A DNA stretch of 64,000 nt. Origin: an uncultured Bacilli bacterium. Its GTDB lineage: Bacteria; Bacillota_I; Bacilli_A; RF39; UBA660. Every line of letters begins with the position of its first letter. The stretch's first letter is position 1. The stretch is from NCBI GenBank assembly GCA_934162195.1, contig CAKPHO010000001.1, positions 81,281-145,280 on the forward strand. The letters are read 5' to 3'. Made by a program: the position numbers and the translations under genes. Shown one piece after another: positions 9,455 through 18,569 of the stretch. The notes beneath the pieces are model-generated. The model saw nothing but the letters and a program-made list of their open reading frames with translations. It was not told where the DNA came from and did not search any database.

Positions 9455-10576
9455 TTAATAAGTTCTTATTGGTAATATTAATTGAATTAAATCATCATTT
9501 TCGGCATTTTTAATAATTATTGGTTTTACTTCTCCATTAAATAATAATTTAACAGTTTCACATTCCATTACTTTTAAAGCATCCATCATAAACTTTGAAC
9601 TAAACGCTATTTTAATATTATTATTATCATAATCTATAATATCCAATTTTTCTTCAACATTACCTATTTCAGGAATGTTGGATTTTAATATAATTTGTTC
9701 TTTTTCTATATTTAATTTAACAGTATTCTTATCAGCTTCATTAGTTAATAATGCTGCTCTATCTATTGAATTATATAAATCTTTTAAATTAACAGTTAAT
9801 GTTGTTGTAAATTCACTAGGTATTAATTTTGAAGCATCTGGATAAGTACCATTAATAAGTCTTGACATAAATATAATTGTATCAAACATAAATATAATTT
9901 TATTATTAAATATATGTATTTTAATTTCATCTTCATCATTAGTAAGTAACTTTAATAATTCATTTAAATTACGTGTCGGAATAATAATATTTATTTTTTC
10001 ACTAATTGCTGTGGATAATTTTATTTTTTTACTAGCTAATCTATATGAATCCGTAGCTGTACATTCTAATACATCATCTGCTATTTTTAAATTAATACCT
10101 GTTAATACAGGTCTAGATTCTTGTGTTGAAGTAGCAAAAATAGTTTGATTAATAATATTTTTAAACACCCTTTGATTTAAAACTATTGGAGTTTTACTTT
10201 CTTCTAATTCTAATCGAGGAAAATCACTAACTAAATTACAATTTAAATTAAAAGATGAATTAGTTGTATTAATAAATATTTTTGAATCCATTACTTCTTC
10301 TATATCAATTATTTCATTTGGTAATTTTTTTATAATATCATATATATATCTACCAGAAACAACAATATCTCCTAAAGTATCTATTTTTTCAATATTTTCT
10401 TTTTTAATAAAAGTTTTAATTGATATTTCATTATCAGTACTTAATAAATATAAGCCTTCATTTGTAAGTTCAAATTTAATACAGTTTAATATAGGTATTA
10501 AATTTTTATTTGATATTCCTTTAATAACATAATTTAAATGTTCCATTAATATATTTTGTTTAATTTTTAATTTCAT
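9455..10576 (-). CDS. dnaN: DNA polymerase III beta sliding clamp
   Basis: 373 aa directly downstream of dnaA. The size and sequence (MKLKIKQNILMEHLNYVIKGIS.., ..VKPIIIKN..LILPIRTY) are typical of a beta clamp. Confidence 0.93.
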   Translation of the reverse strand: MKLKIKQNILMEHLNYVIKGISNKNLIPILNCIKFELTNEGLYLLSTDNEISIKTFIKKENIEKIDTLGDIVVSGRYIYDIIKKLPNEIIDIEEVMDSKIFINTTNSSFNLNCNLVSDFPRLELEESKTPIVLNQRVFKNIINQTIFATSTQESRPVLTGINLKIADDVLECTATDSYRLASKKIKLSTAISEKINIIIPTRNLNELLKLLTNDEDEIKIHIFNNKIIFMFDTIIFMSRLINGTYPDASKLIPSEFTTTLTVNLKDLYNSIDRAALLTNEADKNTVKLNIEKEQIILKSNIPEIGNVEEKLDIIDYDNNNIKIAFSSKFMMDALKVMECETVKLLFNGEVKPIIIKNAENDDLIQLILPIRTY

Positions 10577-10728
10577 AAATAAACCTCCCTATAATTTTTA
10601 TTTTTATAATAGTTATTCTTATTATTAGTGTGTAAAATGTATAAAACTATCATTAAGCTTTTATTTTCAAAGGTAAATAGAAGTTTTATGTTGTGGAAAA
10701 AATGTTATTTAAAATTATTTTTCCACCA
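10577..10728. other. oriC part 2: the dnaA-dnaN spacer with DnaA boxes and an AT-rich unwinding candidate
   Basis: TGTGGAAAA (10692-10700) and TTTTCCACC (10719-10727) lie next to a nearly pure A+T stretch at about 10590-10660. This is the usual Firmicute bipartite origin layout. Confidence 0.7.
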
Positions 10729-12081
10729 CTATTTTATTTGATTAACTATTTTATTAATTTGTTCTTCTAAATCACTGTTAGTTTTAATCTCTTTTTTAAT
10801 TTTATCTACTGAATGCATTACTGTAGTGTGATCTTTTCCACCAAATTCTAATCCTATTTTAGGTAAAGATTCGGAAAGATAAGTTCTACATATATACATA
10901 CCTATTTGTCTAGGAACAGAAATACTTGCCATTCTTTTCTTACTTTTTATATCTTCTACAGAAATATTATAAGCATTGGCAATTAATTGTTGTACTTGTT
11001 CAATTTTATTTTTTGATATAATACTTTTAACAAAATAATCTTTTAAAGCTTCTGTTGCTAAATCTATTGTAATATCAGACCCATTCATGATAGTTGCATA
11101 AGCAAAAACTCTTGTAATAGCTCCTTCAAGTTTTCTTATATCAGAAGTACAATTGCTAGCAATATATTCTTTAACTTCAATAGGAAAATCATTGCATACA
11201 TCATTTGCTTCTATTTTTTTATCAATAATATCCATTCTTAATTTAAAATCTGGTGGTAAAATATCTATAGTTAAACCCCAGTTAAATCTAGTTCTAAGTC
11301 TTTCTTCTAATTTTTTTAAATCATCTGGTGATCTATCGGAAGAAATAATAATTTGTTTATTATTACAATGTAATTCATTAAAAGTATTAAAAAATTCTTG
11401 CTGTGTTTTACTTGCTATTTCTAAGTATTGAATGTCATCAATCATTAACACATCAACATTTCTATACTTATTTTTAAATTCGTTTATAGCATCAAAATTA
11501 TTTTCATCTTTATTTTTCCTATATATATTTAAAAAATCATCAACAAATTTTTCACTAGTTACATATAATACTTTTTTATTACTATTTTTAACAATGTAAT
11601 TTCCGATAGCATGCATTAAATGAGTTTTACCTAAGCCACTATTTCCATATATAAATAAAGGATTATACATAAAGCCAGGCTGTTCTGCAACTGCCAAAGA
11701 TGTAGCTTTAGCAAATTTATTACTATTTCCCACAATAAAATTATCAAATGTGTATTTAGGGTCAAGATTAGATTCAAATAAATTATTAGATGGAACCCCT
11801 ACTTTATCCACATCAATAGTAACATTTTTTATAATTTCTTCTTCTAATACATATTCAAATTTGAAATTACTACCAGTAATTTCAGTAAAAATTTCTTCTA
11901 TGAGATTATTGTAATTTTCTTTAAGGTGTTTTTTATGTACCTGCATGGGTACTAATATTTTAGCAGTATTATTATTTAATTCTATTAATTTAGTATCCAT
12001 AAACCACGTTTCATAAAGTATAGGATCAAGTTCCCCTTTTATTTTTTCTAAAAAAAGGTTCCAAATAGTATTAATATCCAC
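10729..12081 (-). CDS. dnaA: Chromosomal replication initiator DnaA
   Basis: 450 aa with a GTG start, Walker A GNSGLGKTHL and the C-terminal DNA-binding signature GGKDHTTVMHS. Confidence 0.97.
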   Translation of the reverse strand: MDINTIWNLFLEKIKGELDPILYETWFMDTKLIELNNNTAKILVPMQVHKKHLKENYNNLIEEIFTEITGSNFKFEYVLEEEIIKNVTIDVDKVGVPSNNLFESNLDPKYTFDNFIVGNSNKFAKATSLAVAEQPGFMYNPLFIYGNSGLGKTHLMHAIGNYIVKNSNKKVLYVTSEKFVDDFLNIYRKNKDENNFDAINEFKNKYRNVDVLMIDDIQYLEIASKTQQEFFNTFNELHCNNKQIIISSDRSPDDLKKLEERLRTRFNWGLTIDILPPDFKLRMDIIDKKIEANDVCNDFPIEVKEYIASNCTSDIRKLEGAITRVFAYATIMNGSDITIDLATEALKDYFVKSIISKNKIEQVQQLIANAYNISVEDIKSKKRMASISVPRQIGMYICRTYLSESLPKIGLEFGGKDHTTVMHSVDKIKKEIKTNSDLEEQINKIVNQIK

Positions 12082-12349
12082 AAACTCACCTCACTTTAAC
12101 AATTGTTAACATTATTTTACACCAAAAAAAAATAAAAACCAATATAAACTGTGGAAAAATATTAAAATTCGACAAATTAACACAATTTTCCACACCAAAC
12201 GACATTATTTTTAAAAGAATAATTATATTATTAACACCCTTTGTGGAAAATTAATTAACATAGAAAATCATATGTTGGTAAGTTTTCCACATACACTGTG
12301 GAAAATAACATTTGATATTATAAATTAAGAAAAAATAATATGTGGAAAA
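12074..12349. other. oriC part 1: DnaA-box cluster between dnaA and rpmH
   Basis: Seven boxes were read directly: ATATCCACA 12074-12082 (overlaps the dnaA GTG), TGTGGAAAA 12150-12158, TTTTCCACA 12186-12194, TGTGGAAAA 12242-12250, TTTTCCACA 12283-12291, TGTGGAAAA 12297-12305 and TGTGGAAAA 12341-12349. Confidence 0.85.
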
Positions 12350-12375
12350 AATATATTTATAATGATAAAAAACAT

Positions 12376-12404
12376 TTGACAAATTTATAATTTATCTATA
12401 TAAT
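12376..12404 (+). promoter_or_regulatory. Consensus sigma-A promoter of rpmH
   Basis: TTGACA (12376-12381), a 17-bp spacer, then TATAAT (12399-12404). Confidence 0.75.
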
Positions 12405-12442
12405 GGTTAAAGCGATGAAATATAGGCTTTAGGAGGTGGACT

Positions 12443-12565
12443 ATGAAAAGAACATTTCAACCAAATAATAGAAAAAGAAGTAAAAAAATGGGTTTTTTAG
12501 CTCGTATGAAAACTAAAATGATCAATTCAAGAAGAAGAAAAGGTCGTAAAGTTTTATCACGCTAA
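12443..12565 (+). CDS. rpmH: 50S ribosomal protein L34
   Basis: Not in the ORF track because it is short. My own translation is [40 protein letters not shown], behind an AGGAGG RBS and upstream of rnpA. Confidence 0.93.
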   Translation: MKRTFQPNNRKRSKKMGFLARMKTKMINSRRRKGRKVLSR

Positions 12566-12615
12566 TATATAAGGTCACTGCAAAACAGTGGCCTTTAGTT
12601 TAAAGAAGGTGCTAT

Positions 12616-12966
12616 ATGAAAAAAAAGAATATATTAAAAAAAAGTATAGATTTTGATAGAATAATAAAAAAAAATAAATCATATAAATATAAAGATTATA
12701 TAATATATGTAGAAAAAATTGAAGATTCTACTTATCATTTTGGATTATCAGTTGGAAAAAAAATAGGTAATGCCGTTACTAGAAATAAAATAAAAAGGCA
12801 GTTAAAAACTATAATTGATAAAAATAACTATGAAAACGGAATTAATTGTATTATAATAGTAAGGAAAGGTTTATTAGAAAAATCTTTTTCAGAAAAAGAA
12901 AACGATTTAATAGAAGCTTTTAAAAAAGTAAATATAATTAAGGAGAAATGTAATGAAAAAAAATAA
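12616..12966 (+). CDS. rnpA: Ribonuclease P protein component
   Basis: 116 aa and basic (..GNAVTRNKIKRQLK..). It follows rpmH. Confidence 0.9.
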   Translation: MKKKNILKKSIDFDRIIKKNKSYKYKDYIIYVEKIEDSTYHFGLSVGKKIGNAVTRNKIKRQLKTIIDKNNYENGINCIIIVRKGLLEKSFSEKENDLIEAFKKVNIIKEKCNEKK

Positions 12967-13891
12967 ATTAAAAATATTTGTTTTACTTTTTACTGTTGCT
13001 TTAACACTAACAGGTTGCACTAAAATACTTAAAAATAATGATAAAAAAGTAGTTCAAAATACGTTAACAGGTCAAAATCTAGTAGAAAATATATTATGTA
13101 AACCAACAGATGAAAATACATTAAAATTATATAGAGAAAATAATGTAGACGTTGATTCTTTAGTAGATTGTAAAAATTTTAGCGTAGCATCTGGGGGATA
13201 TGAAGGAATATGGACAACTATATTTGTAAAACCTTTAGCCTGGATAATAATAAAAATAGGAAATCTTGTTAAAAATTATGGGTTGTCAGTTATAATTGTA
13301 ACTTTATTAATAAGAATGATTTTATATCCTATAACTAAAAAAACAGCTTTACAATCAGAAAATATGAAAAAAGCTAAACCTGAGTTAGATAAGTTAGAAA
13401 AAAAATATAAAAATAGACAAGATAATGAAGCACAAATTCAAAAATCTCAAGAGATGATGATGATATACAAAAAAAATGGTATAAATCCATTATCTGGATG
13501 CTTATTCTCATTCATTCAGATTCCTTTGTTCTTTGCATTTTATGAAGCAATGAATAGAATACCAGCATTGTTTGAAGAAAATTTATTAGGATTCCAATTA
13601 GGTACAAGTCCTTTAACAGCAATGAGTAATGGTAAATTTTATTATATAATATTTATAATCTTAGTTATTGCAACAACATATTATTCATTTAAATTGAATT
13701 CTACTGCATCAATGAGTAGTGATCAAGAAAAACAAATGAAAATGATGAGTAATATTTCAATTATATTTATTTCAATCGCATCATTTACTATTTCAACTGG
13801 AATTGCATTGTATTGGATATTCAATAGTGGATTTACAATACTACAAAATTTGTTAGTTAAAAGGAGCAAGAAGAATGCAAATGTTATATAA
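12953..13891 (+). CDS. yidC: Membrane protein insertase YidC/SpoIIIJ (lipoprotein)
   Basis: Lipobox LTLTGC and the insertase core (..INPLSGCLFSFIQIPLFFAFY..). It overlaps the rnpA end. Confidence 0.9.
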   Translation: MKKNKLKIFVLLFTVALTLTGCTKILKNNDKKVVQNTLTGQNLVENILCKPTDENTLKLYRENNVDVDSLVDCKNFSVASGGYEGIWTTIFVKPLAWIIIKIGNLVKNYGLSVIIVTLLIRMILYPITKKTALQSENMKKAKPELDKLEKKYKNRQDNEAQIQKSQEMMMIYKKNGINPLSGCLFSFIQIPLFFAFYEAMNRIPALFEENLLGFQLGTSPLTAMSNGKFYYIIFIILVIATTYYSFKLNSTASMSSDQEKQMKMMSNISIIFISIASFTISTGIALYWIFNSGFTILQNLLVKRSKKNANVI

Positions 13892-14489
13892 ATATGAAGG
13901 AAAAAATAAAGAAGAAATAGAAAATAAAATTTTATCAGAATTAAACACATCTAAAGAAGATTTATTTATTAAAATAAAAGAAGAAGAAGGAACATTATTT
14001 AAAGCAAAAAAATATATATATGAAGTAGCTAAAAAAGAAGATATTATTGCTTTTGTTAAGAATTATGTAGAAGAATTAAGTAATAAATTTGGTGTTGAAA
14101 TAAAAAGTGAAGTTAGATTTAAAGAAGATATCTTATATATTATTTTAGTATCAAATAATAATGCTATTATAATAGGTAAAGAAGGAAGAATTTTAACATC
14201 TCTTCAAGTATTAATAAAAAATACGCTTAATAATAAAACAGGTTTTAATATTAAAGTAAATCTTGATGCTTCAAATTATAAAGCAAAAAAACAAAAAAAT
14301 TTAGAATATGAAATTAAAAAAATAGCAAAGGATGTTTTGAAATCGCATGTCGATGTAAAATTAGATCCGATGAATTCTTATGACCGTAGATGTGTCCATA
14401 ATGTAGTATCAAAGTTTGAAAATCTAAAATCTGAAAGTTTTGGAGAAAATCCAAACAGATATGTAGTAATAAGTTATAAAGGGGAATAA
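13875..14489 (+). CDS. jag: RNA-binding protein Jag/KhpB (KH + R3H)
   Basis: 204 aa with KH-like IIIGKEGRIL and the R3H region DRRCVHNVV. It follows yidC. Confidence 0.85.
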   Translation: MQMLYKYEGKNKEEIENKILSELNTSKEDLFIKIKEEEGTLFKAKKYIYEVAKKEDIIAFVKNYVEELSNKFGVEIKSEVRFKEDILYIILVSNNNAIIIGKEGRILTSLQVLIKNTLNNKTGFNIKVNLDASNYKAKKQKNLEYEIKKIAKDVLKSHVDVKLDPMNSYDRRCVHNVVSKFENLKSESFGENPNRYVVISYKGE

Positions 14490-14559
14490 AACCCTTTATT
14501 TTTTTATTGACTAAAATACTATTTAATACTAAAATATATCTAGCAAAGGAGAGATTATT

Positions 14560-15906
14560 ATGGAAGATACTATAGCTGCAATCGCCACATCATTAGGTGT
14601 AGGTGCAATATCAATTATTAGAGTAAGTGGTTCAGAATCAATAAAAATAGTAAATAGTATTTTTAAAGGTAAAGATTTGGAAAAACAACAAACCCACACT
14701 ATAACTTATGGACATATAGTAGAAAATGGTAAAATAATAGATGAAGTTTTGATATCTATTATGAAATCACCAAAAAGCTTTACAACAGAAGATACAGTAG
14801 AAATAAATTGTCATGGTGGAATATCTACAACCAATAAAGTATTAGAATTACTTTTAAATAATGGATGTCGTTTAGCTGAACCTGGTGAATTTACTAAAAG
14901 AGCCTTTTTAAATGGTAGAATAGATTTAATAGAAGCAGAAGGAGTAATGGATTTAATTAATTCTAAAACGGAAAAAGCTAGAAATTTAGCAATAAATCAG
15001 CTAAGTGGAACTTCTTCTGAGCTTATTAAAGAATTACGAAAAGAAATAGTTGAAATTCTTGCTAATATAGAAGTTAATATTGATTATCCAGAATATGACG
15101 ATATAGCTGTATTATCTACACAAATAATAAAACCTAAAATAACTGATATAATAAAGAGATTAAAAGAGATAATAAATCATAGTGAAAATACTAAAATCAT
15201 AAAGGAAGGCATAGATGTCTTAATTCTTGGTCGTCCAAACGTAGGAAAAAGTAGTTTATTAAATAGATTATTAGAGGAAGATAAAGCAATAGTAACGGAC
15301 ATAGAAGGAACAACGAGAGATATAGTTGAAGGAAAAATAAATTTAGATGGAATTATTTTAAATATAATAGATACGGCTGGAATTAGAAAAACAGAAGATG
15401 TTGTTGAAAAAATAGGTGTAGAAAAAAGTTTAAGTTTAATAGATAAAGCTGATTTAGTGTTGTTTTTATTAAATAATAATGAAGATATAACTTCAGAAGA
15501 TAAAAAGATAATAGAACAGTTAAAAAATAAAAATCATATAATTGTTATTAATAAATGTGATTTAACTAAAAAATTAAACTTAAGTGATAATGGATGTGTA
15601 TATATAAGTGCAAAAGAAAATATAGGTATAGATGAATTAAAAAATAAAATAAAAGAACTTTATAATTTAGAAAAAATAGAAACAGAAGATTTATCTTATT
15701 TAAGTAGTGCTAGAAGCATTTCTTTGTTAAAGCAGGCTATGCAATCTTTAAAAAGTGCTGATAAAGGTATAGATGATAATTATCCAATAGATATGGTAGA
15801 AATAGATATTAAAGATAGTTGGAATATATTAGGCGAAATAATTGGTGAAACATATGAGGAAGAGTTAATAGACCAATTATTTAGTCAATTTTGTTTAGGA
15901 AAGTAG
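14560..15906 (+). CDS. mnmE: tRNA modification GTPase MnmE
   Basis: G motifs GRPNVGKSS, DTAGIR and NKCD, and a C-terminal FCLGK. Confidence 0.95.
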   Translation: MEDTIAAIATSLGVGAISIIRVSGSESIKIVNSIFKGKDLEKQQTHTITYGHIVENGKIIDEVLISIMKSPKSFTTEDTVEINCHGGISTTNKVLELLLNNGCRLAEPGEFTKRAFLNGRIDLIEAEGVMDLINSKTEKARNLAINQLSGTSSELIKELRKEIVEILANIEVNIDYPEYDDIAVLSTQIIKPKITDIIKRLKEIINHSENTKIIKEGIDVLILGRPNVGKSSLLNRLLEEDKAIVTDIEGTTRDIVEGKINLDGIILNIIDTAGIRKTEDVVEKIGVEKSLSLIDKADLVLFLLNNNEDITSEDKKIIEQLKNKNHIIVINKCDLTKKLNLSDNGCVYISAKENIGIDELKNKIKELYNLEKIETEDLSYLSSARSISLLKQAMQSLKSADKGIDDNYPIDMVEIDIKDSWNILGEIIGETYEEELIDQLFSQFCLGK

Positions 15907-15914
15907 GTGAAACT

Positions 15915-17783
15915 ATGGAATATGAAATAATTGTTGTTGGTGGTGGCCATGCTGGTTGTGAAGCATCTTTAGCAAGTGCTAGAAAAGGTCATAAAACATT
16001 ATTAATAACAGGAAATATTAAAAATATTGCGGATATGCCATGCAACCCATCAATAGGTGGTAGTGCCAAAGGGATTGTTGTAAGAGAAATTGATGCTTTA
16101 GGTGGAGAAATGGGTGTAAATGCAGATAAAGGTCAAATTCAAATCAAAATGTTAAATAGCGGAAAAGGGCCAGCAGTACAGGCTTTGCGTGCTCAAGGGG
16201 ATAAAGTAACATATCCTAAAGAAATGTTAAAAACATTATCATCAACCAAAAATTTAGAGATTAAAGAGTCTTTAGTGGAAGATTTAATCGTTGAGAATAA
16301 CAAAATAAAAGGTGTTGTTTTAGAAACAGGAGAAAAAATTTATGCTCAAGCAGTAGTTTTGACAACAGGAACATACTTAAAAGCAGATATTTTAGTTGGA
16401 GATACAAGAACAAGACAGGGACCTCATGGTGAAAGACCAAGTATGCACTTAAGTGATAATTTAGCAAAATTAGGTTTTAAAATAATAAGGTTAAAAACAG
16501 GAACGCCACAAAGAATAGATAAGAATACAATTGATTTTACAAAAACTAGAGAAGAAAAAGGTGACAATAAATTATTATCATTTAGTTTTGATAGAAAACC
16601 GCAATATAAAATAGAAGATCAAATATCATGTCATTTAATTTATACAACACCTGAAACACATAAAATTATCAGAGATAATCTTCACAAAGCTAGTATGTAT
16701 GGGGGATTAGATGATATAAAAGGTGTAGGTCCAAGATATTGTCCTTCTATTGAAGATAAAGTTGTAAGATTTGCTGATAAAGAAAAACATCAATTGTTTT
16801 TAGAACCGGAAAGTTTATACTATGACGATATATATTTACAAGGGTTTTCAACAAGTATGCCTCATGATGTTCAAGAATTAATGGTTCATAGTTTACCAGG
16901 GTTAGAGAATGCTAAAATACTAAAATATGCCTATGCAATTGAATATGATGCAATATATCCTACACAATTAAAACAATCTCTAGAAACCAAATTAATAGAT
17001 GGACTTTACACAGCTGGTCAAATAAATGGAACTAGTGGTTATGAAGAAGCTGCATGTCAAGGATTAATTGCTGGAATAAATGCTTCTTTAAAATTAGAAG
17101 GAAAAGAACCGCTAATATTAAAGAGAAATGAAGCATATATTGGTGTTTTAATTGATGATTTAGTAACAAAGGGAGTAAGAGATCCTTATCGTTTATTAAC
17201 TTCAAGAGCAGAATATCGTTTATTATTAAGAAATGACAATGCTGATTTAAGATTAAGAGAAATTGGTCATAATGTAGGTTTAATAGACGAAAACAGATAC
17301 CAAAAATTCTTAAACAAAAAAGAAAAAATAGAAGAATTAAAAGAAATACTAAGAAATAATAAATTAAATCCTAAAGTTGAAGTAAATGAATTTCTAGCAT
17401 CCATCAATTCGGCAATCTTAAAAGATGGAATAACTTTTTATAATTTATTAAAGCGTCCTGAAATAGATATGAATATTGTAAAAAAATATTTAGATATTAA
17501 CTTTAATGAAGAAATAATAGAAGAAGTTGAAATAGAAATAAAATATGAGGGATATATAAACAAAGCTCTAAAAGAAGCAGAAAAGTTAAATAATTTAGAA
17601 AATAAAAAAATACCAGAAGATATTGATTATGATGCAATACATAATATAGCAAGTGAAGCAAAGCAAAAACTAAAAGAAGTAAGACCTACAACAATAGCTC
17701 AAGCATTAAGAATAAGCGGAGTAAATCCTGCAGATATTTCAATTTTAATGGTTTATTTAAAAAAGGAGTACAATCGTGGATAA
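15915..17783 (+). CDS. mnmG: tRNA uridine 5-carboxymethylaminomethyl modification enzyme MnmG
   Basis: FAD motif VVGGGHAGCEA. I moved the start to ATG 15915 behind the AGGTGA RBS. Confidence 0.95.
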   Translation: MEYEIIVVGGGHAGCEASLASARKGHKTLLITGNIKNIADMPCNPSIGGSAKGIVVREIDALGGEMGVNADKGQIQIKMLNSGKGPAVQALRAQGDKVTYPKEMLKTLSSTKNLEIKESLVEDLIVENNKIKGVVLETGEKIYAQAVVLTTGTYLKADILVGDTRTRQGPHGERPSMHLSDNLAKLGFKIIRLKTGTPQRIDKNTIDFTKTREEKGDNKLLSFSFDRKPQYKIEDQISCHLIYTTPETHKIIRDNLHKASMYGGLDDIKGVGPRYCPSIEDKVVRFADKEKHQLFLEPESLYYDDIYLQGFSTSMPHDVQELMVHSLPGLENAKILKYAYAIEYDAIYPTQLKQSLETKLIDGLYTAGQINGTSGYEEAACQGLIAGINASLKLEGKEPLILKRNEAYIGVLIDDLVTKGVRDPYRLLTSRAEYRLLLRNDNADLRLREIGHNVGLIDENRYQKFLNKKEKIEELKEILRNNKLNPKVEVNEFLASINSAILKDGITFYNLLKRPEIDMNIVKKYLDINFNEEIIEEVEIEIKYEGYINKALKEAEKLNNLENKKIPEDIDYDAIHNIASEAKQKLKEVRPTTIAQALRISGVNPADISILMVYLKKEYNRG

Positions 17784-18480
17784 AACTGAATTTATAGAAG
17801 CTTTAAAAAATTTAAATATTCAACTTACAGACAGACAATTAGAACAACTAAATAAATATTATCAGCTTTTAGTTGAATGGAATAAATTTATGAATTTAAC
17901 TGGAATAACCGAAGAAAAAGAAGTATATTTGAAACATTTTTACGATAGTCTAACAATTGCTAGAATAATAGATTTAAAAAAAGAAAGAACACTATGTGAT
18001 ATAGGGAGTGGTGCAGGATTTCCAGGAATGGTTTTAAAGATAGTTTATCCTGATTTAAAGATAACTTTGGTTGATTCATTACAAAAACGTATAACATTTT
18101 TAAACGAAGTGGTAAAACAGTTAGATTTAAAAGATATAGAATTAGTTCATGACAGAGCAGAAGATTTTGCTAAAAATAACCGTGAAAAATATGATGTTGT
18201 AACAGCCCGTGCAGTAGCGCCAATAAATATTTTGATAGAGTATTGTTTACCATTGGTAAAAGTTGGGAAATATTTTATACCTATGAAAGGAAATATTTCC
18301 CGGGAAATAAATTTATTAGATAATTCTCTAAAAAAGATAGATGGAATGTTGTTAAAAAGTGATGAATTTTTACTACCAAAAGAAGACAGCAATCGTACTT
18401 TATTATTAATAACAAAACAAAAACCAACATCAAAACGATATCCCCGTAATCCAAAAGAAATAAAAAATAAGCCTTTATAG
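17776..18480 (+). CDS. rsmG: 16S rRNA (guanine527-N7)-methyltransferase RsmG
   Basis: SAM motif DIGSGAGFPG. The GTG start overlaps the mnmG stop. Confidence 0.9.
   Translation: MDKTEFIEALKNLNIQLTDRQLEQLNKYYQLLVEWNKFMNLTGITEEKEVYLKHFYDSLTIARIIDLKKERTLCDIGSGAGFPGMVLKIVYPDLKITLVDSLQKRITFLNEVVKQLDLKDIELVHDRAEDFAKNNREKYDVVTARAVAPINILIEYCLPLVKVGKYFIPMKGNISREINLLDNSLKKIDGMLLKSDEFLLPKEDSNRTLLLITKQKPTSKRYPRNPKEIKNKPL
18294..18309. promoter_or_regulatory. Noc-binding site (NBS) palindrome 2, inside rsmG
   Basis: TATTTCCCGGGAAATA read directly, in the codons for ..NISREIN.. Confidence 0.8.
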
Positions 18481-18492
18481 GTTTATTTTTTT
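18469..18492 (+). terminator. Intrinsic terminator after rsmG
   Basis: AAGCCT-TTAT-AGGTTT stem (one G-U pair) followed by a T-rich run. Confidence 0.55.
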
Positions 18493-18536
18493 ATTTCCCA
18501 AAAACTATTGAAATATTTCCCAAACTATAGTATTAT
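18492..18536 (+). promoter_or_regulatory. Promoter of the noc-like gene with two NBS half-site direct repeats
   Basis: TTGAAA (18508-18513), a 17-bp spacer, then TATTAT (18531-18536). TATTTCCCAAA occurs twice (18492-18502 and 18514-18524), 22 bp apart. The second copy fills the promoter spacer. Confidence 0.6.
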
Positions 18537-18569
18537 ATTAATATAAGAGAATAAGGAAGGGGAATTATT

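Noticed and set aside
12168-12174. A single perfect Spo0A box (TTCGACA) in oriC as a stand-alone finding
   Set aside because: At this base composition a specified heptamer is expected several times per 64 kb on the two strands. I mention it only as context within the oriC finding.
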